Assembly: GCF_018977255.1 (NCBI RefSeq)
Contig: NW_024705381.1
Span: 1-50,136, forward strand
Source of the DNA: Callorhinchus milii
Taxonomy: Eukaryota
Reading direction: 5' to 3'
DNA length: 50,136 bases
The position numbers were made by a program, and so were the translations under genes. Shown here one piece after another: positions 1-12,262 of the stretch; position 1 is the first letter of the stretch; each line of letters begins with the position of its first letter. The notes beneath the pieces were generated by a model. That model was given only the letters and a program-made list of their open reading frames with translations. It was not told the DNA's origin and did not search any database.

Positions 1-71
1 CTAACAGCACTTGCCCGAATAGTATGTTAAGCGTATACGAAGGATCTTTGTCTTTTGTGTGTGTCTGTATG

Positions 72-390
72 GAGAGCGGTGGTGAAGTGGTTAGCGCACT
101 GCGCTCCGAACCCGACGACCCAAGTTCGATTCTCGCTCACGATCAATATGGTTGACAAATATTGGACTGGTCCTGAGTCTCTCCTAGGTCAGCTCGGCCT
201 TAAACGAGTACAGCTGGTACGGTGCGCAAACATCACAGAGGAGACGAAAGAGGCTGGGCGTGTTGTTGGCCACCCACCCTCTCGTGTGCCGTTCCCACCT
301 TAATAGGTGCTCACCAACAGCACCTATCCCGACAATTGTGACGAGCTATGCGTGGGATCTTTGTCTAAGTGTACGTCTATCTGTGTGTAA
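72..390 (+). mobile_element. tRNA-derived SINE; related copies about 8570-8907(-), 9900-10050(-), 16700-16890, 40216-40460, 43290-43650(-), 45894-46135
   Basis: tRNA-like head with Pol III A box (tggtgaagtggtt) and B box (gttcgattc), conserved core ctaggtc.actc.gcctta.a.gagtac, tail gggatctttgtc. Confidence 0.75.
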
Positions 391-1104
391 CCCGGGCAAC
401 CTCAGTTAAAGTCCCAGCCACGGCTAATATCAGTGACGGTGACATAACCACAGCGCTTGTGCCAGGCTAGGTACACTTTGAGGCCACAGACACACACACA
501 CATACATAAACGCATTTTCATAAATATACACACACGAAAAAGGACAAAGATCCCCCGTATAGCCCTTTCCAAGCTTTTGGGGCAAGTGCTCCTGTATACA
601 CAGACAGACAAACAAAGACAAACATCCCCCGTATAGCCTTAAACAGACTTCTGGGCAAGTGCTGTTCGCGAGCACCTATACACAGACACACACGTACATA
701 CACAGACATATGCATACACATAAACTCCACTCGCCCCCCGCCCTCATGTACCCCCCCCCTCGCCTTCTCTGCCCCCCCCCTCCCATGGGCTCGAATTGCC
801 CGTATATGTCATCCCTACCCGTGGTGTCATCTCAGCAGTGCACATCTCACATCGACCCAAGCCCGTCAGCACCATCCCCCCCCCCCACCGTACCGCAACT
901 CCCCCACTCGCCAGATTATTTATCAATTTATTTATTACTTTAAAGGCACTTACGAATTCGTCAGCGTTCATCTCATTTCACAAGGCCCTCCTCTCCCCGT
1001 GCAAGATCTATAGAGAGCCGCCCTCGCGCAGAACAGAACAGACGCAGGTACCAGCTCGGACGGGTACACGCGTGGCTCCCAAAGTCAAAGAGGTGCAATA
1101 TTGA

Positions 1105-1416
1105 TTGGTTCTTTCGGTAAGTCACGTAGAAGGGAAATAATAAAATAATAAAAATAAAACGTAATAAAATACAATTCTCACGAAGTTTCGGCCACAACGC
1201 GAGCAGCCGTCTTCAGGTGAAGAACAGGTCTGTCAGACGCTGTCTTTCCGACAGACCTGTTCTTCACCGAGGACGGCTGCTTGCGTTGTGCCGAAACGTC
1301 GTGAGAATTATTTTATTATGTTTTATTTTTATTATTTTATTATTTCCTTCTACGTGACTTTACCGAAAGAACAAGAAGATGAATCCCTGCAGTCACGAAA
1401 GATTTAAATCGAAATT
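1105..1416. mobile_element. inverted pair of Penelope-like terminal repeat fragments (family A)
   Basis: Minus copy about 1105-1235 and plus copy about 1240-1416 share the hammerhead-like segment, the T-rich tract and the tail acgtgactttaccgaaagaaccaagaagatgaatccctgcagtcacgaaag. Confidence 0.75.
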
Positions 1417-1763
1417 TAGGTCCAATATTGATTTGGGGCCCTTTAAGCCAATGGCCCACAACAAAAAGTGCGCCTTTTGGCGTCATCTGGTCGAACACCA
1501 ATATGAGACGAGGCTCTAAGGAAAGCTGTCTCTGGTGTGGACCAATCAGTTTCAAAGAAAATGCATAATTATCAGAGTATTGCTTTTTTGTTTGCATTTG
1601 ACTGCAAGTATTGTGGTTAATGTAACCATGATTCCTTGCAAAAGGTATCAGTTTTGTTGCCAGAAAAAAGGGGAAAACCCCTATTAGTAGACAGATATCA
1701 CCAATATATCTGTCTACTAATATGTCTGTCTATAGTTTTCTGTTAGATTTATGTCGCTATTTC

Positions 1764-1810
1764 ATTATACCTGATGATGATTGATTGTGTTGCAATCGAA
1801 ACGTCGTAAT
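1764..1810 (+). ncRNA. minimal hammerhead ribozyme (PLE type), family E
   Basis: attatac CTGATGA t GATTG..CAATC GAAA CGTC gtaat. The host element (about 1690-1906) is flanked by the 19-bp direct repeat gggaaaacccctattagta (1671-1689, 1907-1925). Confidence 0.8.
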
Positions 1811-2205
1811 ATGCTATTATTTAATTTATTATTTTATCTTGAGACGTGACTTAACCGAAAGAACCAAATAATAATTCCTGCAGTCACGAAAGTTCTAAAA
1901 TTAAGAGGGAAAACCCCTATTAGTATATTTGGTACTGGCAAAGGAGGTCCCATGATGAAGGTTACCAAATGTCTGCTTATGCTAAGATTTAAATCCACGG
2001 TGGACAATGCACATTGTGGACTCTTCTCCTTCAACGCATGGCTGCTGATGTTGTAGAGCAACAGCTGCAACTTGACATTGATGTGGTGATTCTAGATTTG
2101 AAGCTTTCGTGACTGCAAGGATTCATACTCTTAGTTCTTTCGGTAAAGTCACGTAGGTAAAAAATGAAATTAAAATTAATAAAAGTAAAACAATAAAAAA
2201 TAAAA

Positions 2206-2250
2206 ATCACGACGTTTCGGAGGCAACACAAGTCTCCGTCATCAGGTGGG
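2206..2250 (-). ncRNA. minimal hammerhead ribozyme, family B
   Basis: Reverse complement reads cac CTGATGA c GGAGAC..GCCTCC GAAA CGTC gtg. Confidence 0.8.
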
Positions 2251-2285
2251 ACCGTCACAGCCAGATTTGCTGCATCATGTGACGG

Positions 2286-2330
2286 TCCACCTGATGACGG
2301 AGACTTGTGTTGTCTCCGAAACGTCGTGAT
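2286..2330 (+). ncRNA. minimal hammerhead ribozyme, family B
   Basis: cac CTGATGA(2291) c GGAGAC ttgtgtt GTCTCC GAAA CGTC gtg; perfect 6-bp stem II. Confidence 0.82.
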
Positions 2331-2960
2331 TTTTTTATTTTTTATTGTTTTATTAATTTTAATTTCATTTTTTACCTACGTGACTTTACCGAAAGAACTA
2401 AGAGTATTGAGGTGGTGGTTGAGCCAGATGATTGTGCCAGGAGTTGCGGAGTGTATCGCTGTGATGATCAACATGAGAGCCTTGCAGGAGGAATCCGATG
2501 AGCTATGAAGCTCTTTTTCACTGATGTCCAATATGAGCGGATTAGCAAGTTACAGCAACAATAACAACAACCATAGGAGTGCAAAATAGAGGTAAAAGTT
2601 AGCAAGTCACTCAATATAAACAAAATATATAAAAGTAATTCATTATTATAAATAAAAAAAATATTTTTTTCCCTTCTACGTGACTTTACCGAAAGAACCA
2701 AGAATATGAATCCCTGCAGTCACGAAAGCTTTAAATCAAAATTTAATTCATTATTACCATATTAAAAAACCCAATGGGTAATGAATACCCGTTGTAATTT
2801 ATATGCACAATTTTGATTTGAAGCTTTCGTGACTGCAGGAATCCATACTCTTTGGTTCTTTCGGTAAAGTCACGTGGTAGAAAATAAAATAGATCCCGAC
2901 GTTTCGGGCGCAACCACACAAGCATGAGTCATCATGTGGGAAAGCCGTGGTCTGCTGCGT

Positions 2961-3006
2961 CAGACCTGATGACGGACGCTTGTGTTGCGCCCGAAACGTC
3001 GTGATC
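2961..3006 (+). ncRNA. minimal hammerhead ribozyme, family C
   Basis: CTGATGA(2966) c GGACGC..GCGCCC GAAA CGTC gtg; stem I is short. Confidence 0.7.
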
Positions 3007-3126
3007 TATTTTATTTATACCCACATGACTTTACCAAAGAACCAAAGAGTATATGCTTTCCTCAAGAGATGAGCTTGCATCTTGAATCCCTGCCTCACTT
3101 GATGCAGCAAATCTGGCTGTGACGGT

Positions 3127-3171
3127 CCCACCTGATGACGGAGACTTGTCTTGCCTCCGAAACGTCGTGAT
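3127..3171 (+). ncRNA. minimal hammerhead ribozyme, family B
   Basis: cac CTGATGA(3132) c GGAG..CTCC GAAA CGTC gtg. Confidence 0.78.
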
Positions 3172-3379
3172 TTTATTATTATTTACCTTTTTTTTTTAGT
3201 TTTTATTAATTTTAATTTAATGTTTTACCCACGTGACTTTACCGAAAGAACCAAAGAGAGTATATGCACACTCAACAACTCCTCCCCCCCCAACTTCGCA
3301 CTAAAAGGGCTCACAAGTGACGTCATCAAAATCTATCCATTTAAGGAATGAAAACAGGATTTCTCCACAAATCTGGCTG

Positions 3380-3422
3380 CCGCCTGATGATGCCGGTTGT
3401 AATTACTGGCGAAACGTCGTAC
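3380..3422 (+). ncRNA. minimal hammerhead ribozyme, family D
   Basis: CTGATGA(3384) t GCCGGT..ACTGGC GAAA CGTC gt. A related copy at 11993-12034 has CCGATGA and a compensatory stem GCTGG/TCAGC. Confidence 0.72.
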
Positions 3423-3699
3423 TCAGATTGTAAGTGTTGTGGATTTGCTCTCCAACACAGCGGTGCACTCACTGTACTAGTAACGAATTGGCACGTTCTG
3501 TTCACGTGACAAACCTTACTAATTGGCTGTGTCGGTTGGTGGCGGGTTTATAGACAACATTATATATTTACGTGATCTAACCCAAAAAAAAACTATATTA
3601 TGGATCAATTATTATATAACTCAGATTTATAAAGCTTGGATAAGGCAGCAAAAATAACAAAACAGTCTCAGACCACACCAAGATGACACCACAGAGTAG

Positions 3700-4120
3700 T
3701 AGTCTATGGGTCCTACACGAGTCTATGGGTCTCTATGTTAGTCTGTAGTAAGTTAATCTACGGATCTCTGTGTGAGTCTATAGGTCCCTACATGAGTCTA
3801 TGGGTCTCTATGTGAGTCCATAGTTCTGATTTGAAATCCGTAGATCTCTGTGTGAGTCTATAGGTCCCTACTTGAGTCTATGGGTCTCTATGTGAGTCTA
3901 TAGTCTGATTTGAAATCAGTAGATCTCTGTGTGAGTCTATAGGTCCCTACATGAGTCTATGGGTCTCTATGTGAGTCTTTAGTCCTGATTTGAAATCCGT
4001 AGATCTCTGTGTGAGCCTATTGGTCTGTATGCGAGTCTAAAGTCCTGTAATGGAATCTACAGGTCTCTGTTTGACTCTATGGGTATCTATGTGAAGTCCG
4101 TGGTACTCCGAGTCTATAAA
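3700..4120. repeat. tandem repeat, ~79-80-bp unit built from ~20-bp gagtctatgggtctctatgt subunits
   Basis: tgatttgaaatc recurs at about 3827, 3906 and 3986. Confidence 0.9.
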
Positions 4121-4173
4121 TGTCTGCTTCTTCTCCGACTGGCCGATGCAGGTATCAAGCAACAGCTGTCATT

Positions 4174-4505
4174 AAATCCTTTATATTAAGTTCACTTGCT
4201 TGCTTGCTTGCGCTCTTACGACCGTGCAAATCTTTCGGTCGTTTTTTAACCCACTTCCCGTGATCCAATCGAGCTGACATTTTGCACACAGACTCGTTGT
4301 GCGTGACAATTTATTTCGTGAAATTTTTTTTCCAAAATTTTCTACTTTTTAGGAAAAATAAATTATATTTAATTACCAATTGCTTAATGGTGGCAGGCAA
4401 TCATCTGACCCATAGGTGGCAGCCATCTCAAGCCAGAGGACGAGAGAACTCTAGCCGCCACGCATATAAAGGATTTATAGTGAAAAACTTTGTTTTTACG
4501 AGTTA
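4174..4505 (+). mobile_element. Helentron-associated non-autonomous element (HINE/DINE-1-like)
   Basis: Subterminal inverted repeats aaatcctttatat / atataaaggattt, (GCTT)n microsatellite, 3' hairpin gtgaaaaac-ttt-gtttttac, TT flanks. Confidence 0.75.
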
Positions 4506-4781
4506 ATTTTTTTTACATTGAGGTGGTGGATGAGGCAGATTATTGCGTCAGGAGTAGGGTGGAGTGGAGAATCGTCGTGTGTAAGTTGAACATCTTCTTG
4601 GTTCTTTCGTAAAGTCACGTAGAATGGAAATAATAAAATAATAAAAAATAAAACATAATAAAATAATTCTCACGACGTTTCGGCCACAACGCAAGCGTGA
4701 CTTTACCGAAAGAACCAAGAAGATGAATCCCTGCAGTCACGAAAGCTTTAAATCGAAATTTAAGTTGCACTTTTTCACATC

Positions 4782-5740
4782 GTAGTAGGTTTTTACTCTT
4801 TTAAACTGGTACAAAACTGACACCTTTATTCAAGGCATCATGTTTGCAATTACTACAACACAAGCAGTCAAAAAAGCAAACAAATAGAAGCAACTCTGAT
4901 AATGATATAATATATGCACTGTCCTTGAAGTTGATTGGTCCACACCCGAGACGGCTTTCTTTAGAGCCTAGTCCCCATTGGTGTTGGACCAGATGACACC
5001 AGAAAGCGTACAACTCAAACACAGTGCAATATCAGAGTATTGAGAGCTCGGGTAAGCGTTTACACTATGAGATCTATTTTACCAGTGGCACAAGATAGTA
5101 GTAGGTTTTTACCCTTCTGGTGTCATCTGGTCCAACACCAATGGGGACTAGGCTCTAAAGCAGGGAGTCGGGAACCTTTTTGACTGGGAGAGCCATAAAA
5201 GCCAAATATTTCTAAATATATTTCATTGAGAGCCATATAGTATTTTTAACGTATAATAAATTAAATATGTCTTACTTTTAATGCGACTTCTGGTGCTGCA
5301 TGGGAGCTTCGTGCAGGCGTGACCCGTGAAATGTATCTTCAAAACTAATTTCTGTTTACTTTAAAATGACACAGTATTATTAAGCAATATCACAAGTATT
5401 TTAAAATCAGTTCCAAACTGATTTTTTTTATTTTTTCAACTCAAAATTGTCTGGGAGCCATATGCCGTCACTGAAAGAGCCATATATGGCTCGCGAGCCA
5501 TAGGTTCCCGACCGCTGCTCTAAAGAAAGCCGTCTCGGGTGTGGACCAATCAACTTCAAGGACAGTGCATATTATTATCATTATCAGAGTTGCTTCTTTT
5601 TGTTTGCTTTTTTTGACTGCTTGTGTTGTGGTTATTGCAAACATGATGCCTTGAATAAAGGTGTCAGTTTTGTACCAGTTAAAAGGGTAAAAACCTACTA
5701 CTATATTTTGCCACTGGTAAACAAGATCTCATAGTGTAAA
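4782..5740. repeat. dispersed repeat family F in inverted arrangement; other copies 1465-1690, 23040-23400, 42840-42965
   Basis: Shared catctggtccaacacc..aggctctaagaaagc.gtc..ggtgtggaccaatca..aaaggtgtcagttttg. Confidence 0.75.
5161..5517. mobile_element. hAT (Charlie-like) MITE
   Basis: TIRs cagggagtcgggaacct / aggttcccgaccgctg; 8-bp TSD CTCTAAAG (5153-5160, 5518-5525); nested in a family F repeat. Confidence 0.9.
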
Positions 5741-5964
5741 TTCTTCACATCGCTCGTAGCCAACCGTGCTAATTGGAGGTGCGGGGACGGGACATCAAAC
5801 TGCCGCGATGATGATGATGCCTCCTCCTTCTTCTTCGCCTTTGTCAATCGGGAATCGAGTCGTTGTATGCTCCATGGATATGTTCCGGGTGACCAGTCAC
5901 CCACACACTGCCAGCGAGTTTTACATTCTCTATTTGTGCATCATCAAGTATTCCGCGTCTGCCC

Positions 5965-7050
5965 ATGATGGACATTGTCCATAGCGGACACTGCCTCATG
6001 GTGGACACTGCCTCGTGGTGGACACTTCCCGTGGTGGTCACGCCTCATGGTGGACACTGCCTCATGGTGGACACTTCCCGTGGTGGTCACGCCTTGTGGT
6101 GGACACTGTCTCATGGTGGACACTTCCCGTGGTGGACACTGCCTCATGGTGGACACTGCCTCGTGGTGGACACTTCCCGTGGTGGACACTTCCTGTGGTG
6201 GTCACGCCTCTTGATGAACACTGCCTCATGGTGGACACTTCCCGTGGTGGTCACGCCCCATGGTGGACACTGCCTCGTGTGGACACTTACTTCCCGTGGT
6301 GGTCACGTCTCATGGTGGACACTGTCTCATGGTGGACACTTCCCGTGGTGGTCACGCCTCATGGTGGACACTGCCTCATGGTGGACACTGCCTCATGATG
6401 GACACTGCCTCGTGGTGGTCACGCCTCATGGTGGACACTGCCTCGTGGTGGACACTTCCCGTGGTGGTCACGCCTCATGATGGACACTGGCAATGGTGGA
6501 CACTTCCCGTGGTGGACACTGCCTCATGGTGGACACTTCCCGTGGTGGTCACGCCTCATGATGGACACTGGCAATGGTGGACACTTCCCGTGGTGGACAC
6601 TGCCTTATGGTGGACACTGCCTCGTGGTGGTCACGCCTCATGATGGACACTGGCAATGGTGGACACTTCCGTGGTGGACACTGCCTCATGATGGACACTG
6701 CCTCGTGGTGGTCACGCCTCATGGTGGACACTGCCTGATGGTGGACACTTCCCGTGGTGGTCACGCCTCATGATGGACACTGGCAATGGTGGACACTTCC
6801 CGTGGTGGACACTGCCTCATGGTGGACACTTCCCGTGGTGGTCACGCCTCATGATGGACACTGGCAATGGTGGACACTTCCCGTGGTGGACACTGCCTCA
6901 TGGTGGACACTTCCCGAGGTGGTCACGCCTCTTGGTGGACACTGGCCATGGTGGATACTTCCCGTGGTGGACACTGCCTTATGGTGGACACTTCCCGAGG
7001 TGGTCACGCCTCTTGGTGGACACTGCCATGGTGGATACTTCCCGTGGTGC
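5965..7050. repeat. minisatellite of 16-17-bp variant units (ggtggacactgcctcat / ggtggacacttcccgt / ggtggtcacgcctcat)
   Basis: Directly visible tandem array. Confidence 0.95.
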
Positions 7051-8569
7051 AAACCAGTAGCATTGCCACCCAAGGTGGTACTCACCGGCAATACTTCTTG
7101 TGGACTTTTGAGCAAATCTCAGCTCTCTCTTATAAGGTATCGATGGGCTCTTTAATAATAATATGAAAGTTGTATTTGGCCTACTCTTCCTCGCTAGCCA
7201 CACGCCTTGGCGGTACCGACACTTTATCCTACACCACGTGCAACCTCCACATCGACTGTGGGGGTACCATATTAATAATAAGTATGCGGCCCTTGCCCCA
7301 CCACCTTCTCCAACCATTATATAAACGGAGTGGTAGCTCCTGCAATCTCTCATTTACTTGATACAGCTGTCGTGGCTGTGACGGTTCCACCTGAAGACGG
7401 AAGCTTGTGTTGCCTCCAAAACGTCGTGATTTTATTTTACTTTTTAATGTTTTTACCTAAGTGACTTTACCGAAAAAAACCTAAGAATATACTTTCCTGG
7501 TCACTTGCCTTCCCCACCTGCATGGGTTGAACAAACTAAACCGGAATTTCTCACCGAATATTCGTCGGCACGCTCTAGAACCTGGTCAGACGGCACGTGT
7601 GACCAGTAGCCAACAGTCCCGACACCCCAACATTGCTGCTCAGCGCGTTCACCACGACGCCACCGCTCCCACGTGTTGCGTTTGACAGCTGCAAATCATT
7701 GGTCTAGAATCTCATGGGATGATTGAGGGGGGGTGGGGGGCTAAAACATGATTCACGCGTAAAACAGACTGCCGCCTGTTTTCATCAATAATAATGATTA
7801 CGTGGGTCACACTCTGCCGATGAGACCCAGAAAAGTCGAAACCCTTCTAAGGTTGTGTCTGCTTAAACAAATGACGCGTGGAAGCCGTGGATAAGCCGCA
7901 CTTCGCTGCGAACTCGGCGAACCGAGTTCGATTCACGACCACGGCTAACATCGGTGGTGCGTGATGATATCTCAACAGATACCACTCCCCCTACCTCTCC
8001 TTTTGGGGGGGTGGGGGGGAGTCATAAAGTATGGTGAAACAACAACTCTAGTGACCTGGCACGGCTTTGGAAGGCTTTGATCCAACGGTGGATCGACCAT
8101 GGCTGATGATGACGATTTCAAATGCTGCTTTAAAATGTTGGTTCAGAACGCCGATTGATAGATAGGCTGATGCACCTGGATGTTGTTTAAATTGACGGCA
8201 CATTATTTATTGAAAACGTTATTTACAACCTCCCACTACCATTTTAGACCTTGTGGGACGTTAAGTGTTGCTAGCCAATGCATATTATTATTAAGGCCGG
8301 GACAGAACGTGGTGCTTCGGCCAGAAGCATACACACGCCCGACCGCATTTGTCTCACTCAAACCCTTGGGTCTATAACTCCCTCCGCCCGCCACCCCACC
8401 ACATTGGGCCGAGTTAACCTAAAGGAGACCCAAACCAGCTTTAGACACCAATTGATCCCCGGGGGATGATGAAGCTGATGATCTCTCGTGACCAGGGATC
8501 GAACGTGGGTCACCAGGATCGTATTGCAGCGCGCGCGCGCGCACATGCACGCGTATCCTGACATACAAA

Positions 8570-8907
8570 TAAAGGCAAAGATCCCCCAAGTAGCTCAACG
8601 GATTTGTTGGGGCAAGTGCAATTTAGCGAGATCATATTAAGGCCAGCACGGCCACGGAATGCAGCGGTGTCGGTGTGGTCACAAATATTGGGGAGGTGTG
8701 TGGTGAGCGCTACGTTCGGCTGCGTTTGTCTCAGCCGTGGTGATGTTTGCACACGGCACCCAGGTACTCATTTAAGGCTCAGTTGACCTAGGCGACACTC
8801 AGGATTTGGCCTCAAATATCCATCGCCGATGTTGGCTATGAGCGGGAATGGAACTCGATTCGCCGGGTTCGAAGTGCAGTGCGCTGACCACTACACTACG
8901 ACTCCCC
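8570..8907 (-). mobile_element. tRNA-derived SINE copy
   Basis: Reverse-strand tRNA-like head (8840-8907), core and tail as in 72-390. Confidence 0.72.
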
Positions 8908-9099
8908 ATAGAATACACACACACACATGCACATGCAGTTTACTAAGGTCAAGTATTGTATTTACAGTCCGACTAATGACCATACGCATTAGTCTCATGG
9001 CAGACATTCAAGGGATGGTGATGTACTGGGTTCGCAAATTTTGGTGATGATCAGCACACCCAAAGGTACATGGGCACGTGTACGAGTTTGAGTGAAGAT

Positions 9100-9682
9100 G
9101 AGTATATGTGTGTGCGTGTGTGTGTTTTGGTGGACACGTGTGTGTGTGTGTGAGTTTGGGTGTATGTGCGCGTGTGTGTTTTGGTGGACACGTGTGTGTG
9201 TGAGGTTGGGTGTATGTGCGTGTGTGTGTTCTGGTGGACACGTGCGTGTGTGTGAGGTTGGGTGTATGTGCGTGCGTGTGTGTGTTGGTGGACACGTGTG
9301 TGTGTGTGAGTTTGGGTGTATGTGCTTGTGTGTGTTTTGGTGGACACGTGTGTGTGTGAGGTTGGGTGTATGTGCGCGTGTGTGTTTTGGTGGACACGTG
9401 TGTGTGTGTGAGGTTGAGTGTATGTGCGTGTGTGTGTTTTGGTGTACACGTGTGTGTGTGTGTGAGATTGGGTGTGTGTGTTTTGGTGGACACGTGTGTG
9501 TGTGTGTCAGGTTGGGTGTATGTGCGTGTGTGTGTTTTGGTGGACACGCGTGTGTGTGTGAGGTTGGCTGTATGTGCGTGTGTGAGATTGGGTGTATGTG
9601 CGTGTGTGTGTGTGAGATTGGGTGTATGCGCGTGTGTGTGTGTTGGTGGACACGTGCGTGTGTGTGTGTGAGGTTGGGTGCG
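9100..9682. repeat. (GT)n-rich minisatellite, ~55-60-bp unit
   Basis: ttttggtggacacgtgtgtgtgtgaggttgggtgtatgtgcg repeated about 10 times. Confidence 0.95.
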
Positions 9683-10756
9683 GTCACACTCGCTCTTGTT
9701 TTTACTGAATAATTAATGCGGCACGCGCAGACCCATTAGCGGTGGGCAGCTCGCACGCCCAGCCCACGTCCACATACAGGCAAAGCTCCCATGTAGCCTG
9801 CACAGACAGCAAGCGCAAAGTGCTGTCAAAAAGCACCTATGAGAAAGAGTGGTACGACGGCAGGCCGCCTTTGTCTCCCGAGTGCCGATGCTTACACACC
9901 GCACTCCATTAGGCACTTATTCAAGGCTGTGTCGACCTAGGCTTGGTCCAGAACCAGTTCTAGATATCACGCGCCACTGACGTGTTCGGGAATCGAACTC
10001 AGTTGTTCAGGTTCACAGCGAAGCTCGCTAACCAATGCGCGAAACCGCTTATATCACGTGTACACACCCATTCCGATGCATACAGGCAACCCTAACCGAT
10101 ACGGATATCCAACTTAGACTACAACCACCATTCCCCACCCCCCGCCCCAAGAGGCAATGTCATCCACCATAGTTGTTGTGCCAGGCTATGTGCACTTTTT
10201 AGGCTATTGCGTGAAGTGTCAAATGCTCTCCGACAGGTGATGGGTCAGGCCCCGGTGTTGAAGGCGTAAACTAAGACGACTGAAATGATGTGGCCATCAC
10301 TGTGCCACATCGCTGCGTTTTAGCTGCCCCGGCGCTCCGCTCGTTGTTGTGAGCGTCGCTCCTCCTTCACAGCCACTGCATTACAGTACTCACGCGGAGT
10401 TCATTGGGTGCAATGTTTCATAACAAAGTACAAGCAGTAGTAATGCCATTTCAAGTTGCCATGCACACCGACTAAACCCTCCCTCAGAAATTCACCTTAG
10501 AGATCATCGTCCCAGGCCCCTGATCGCTCTCCGCACATCCTTTGGCAGAAGCCCCGTCAGCCAGCCACTCACCTGGGGGCAGCTACTTCGTTCAATAGTT
10601 GAGGCACCGCAGGTCAATCAGGGTCATAATCCATGAGGCCAGACCGAGACGTTTCACTTGTCGGTACAACCCAGAGGTGGCATAACTTTAGCGGTTCCAA
10701 TCGTTGTGACCAAGAAGAGTGAATGATGTGAGAAGCATTTTATATGCATGGGTTAC

Positions 10757-11053
10757 ATTTCGATTTAAAGCTTTCGTGACTGCAGGGATTCATCTTCTTG
10801 GTTCTCTCGGTAAAGTCGTCACGTAGAAGGGAAGTAATAAAATAATAATAAAAAAACAGAATAAAATTCTCACGACGTTTCGGCCACAACGCAAGCAGCC
10901 GTCCTCAGGTGAAGAACAGGTCTGTCGGGGAGACAGCGTCAGACGGCTGCTTGCGTTGTGGCCAAAAAACGTGAGAATTATTTTATTCTGTTTTATTTTT
11001 ATTATTTTATTACTTCCCTTCTACGTGACTTTACCGAAAGAACCAAGAAGATG
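10757..11053. mobile_element. inverted pair of PLE-type repeats (family A)
   Basis: Minus copy 10757-10940, plus copy 10941-11053. Confidence 0.75.
10867..10916 (-). ncRNA. minimal hammerhead ribozyme, family A
   Basis: Reverse complement reads ttcttcac CTGAGGA c GGCTGC..GTGGCC GAAA CGTC gtgagaa; extended stem I. Confidence 0.82.
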
Positions 11054-12262
11054 CATGGGGTTATCAAGTAATTATCTCGTGGTGGCCGTATAACATAAAT
11101 ACATCGGTAGGACTCGAGGTTGACTATCTCAGGTGGTACCAAATTCTGCTGTGGCTCATGGACTAAATGCTCGGATTGAGGGGTTCCTTCCTAATGCACG
11201 AACTCACAAGACACACCGAGCAAATCTGGCATTGGAGAGGTCGTAAGGTCAGATCGTTATTCTTCTCCGGAAGGACAGTAATGGCAGTGGCCTTGCAAGT
11301 TACTTTTTGACGGATTTAAAATGCGATTTGTGAGCGCGGGCTGAGGCGGTGTACATGTCCTCACAACCCTGCCACCATTCATCCTCGTACCGTCGAGCGG
11401 CTATCTGACCTTACAAACAATGTGCTGCAGTAAGCTCTCCACTTTCGGGCATAGGATGCATCGATACCACAACAACCGTCGTTCAGCACTAAGTGGCGGT
11501 GACGTCACAACAGCGCATGTGCCATGCTAGGTACACTTTGAGGTCATGTTAAGTGTCGAAGGCCCGCTGGCAGGAGGTCACGGAACAGACCCAGGTGCCA
11601 TGGGTGACCGGCTGAGATGAGTAGCAGATACATCAACTGTGCTCCCCAGTGTGCTTTAGCAACCCCGGCGCTCCGCTCGTCGTTGGCAGCGTCACTTCTC
11701 TGCCCTCCGTTGTTGTTGTTGAAGGGCGACTGCCTCCAAATCCCCCACACATCCTTCATGAACCTCCTCCGCAGAGGCCGATATTGACAGTGCTGGATAA
11801 ATCATCGTCAGGTCCCAATCAGCTCCACATCCTTCTGCACCACATCAGTCCATCTCTTCTCTAGCCCGTCACACACTCATATTCCATGTACGTTGAACTT
11901 CTTGCACACCATAATACACATCTCTCCTGTGCTGCTGCTGCTGCTGCTGGCCTGCGAGGTGTCCAGGATAGGGCAGGTCCATTCTGGCGAATTGCCCGAT
12001 GATGCTGGATGCAATTATCAGCGAAACGTCGTACTCAAAAATTGTAAATGTTGTGGTTTCACGCTTCAACACACCGGTGGGCTAAAGCAGTGAACGAATT
12101 TGTCTTTTGTCAACGTGACACTTTTTTACTGATTGGCCGTGTCGGGTGGTGGAGGGTTACGACACATTTATAAATAACGCGATCTAAACCCAAAAACGTT
12201 GATTATGAGGTCCAGTTCAGTGGGTTCTTGGAAGCAATCTGTGTGACATCGTTGGATGTCAC

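Larger units (their letters stand above)
2088..3260. mobile_element. cluster of Penelope-like terminal repeat fragments (families A/B/C), including inverted pairs 2088-2407 and 2810-3053
   Basis: Repeated tail cgtgactttaccgaaagaac in both orientations, with hammerhead motifs. Confidence 0.75.

Noticed and set aside
72..145. tRNA gene
   Set aside because: tRNA-like head continues into a SINE core and tail; no clean cloverleaf or T-run terminator
3700..7050. CRISPR-like appearance of the tandem arrays
   Set aside because: No unique spacers, no cas genes, eukaryotic context
5965..7166. Many 70-170 aa ORFs (WWTLP/GGHCL/MVDT repeats)
   Set aside because: Translations of a minisatellite, open in several frames on both strands
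8995..9712. 230-aa and 206-aa His/Thr- or Cys/Val-rich ORFs
   Set aside because: (CA)n/(GT)n repeat translations
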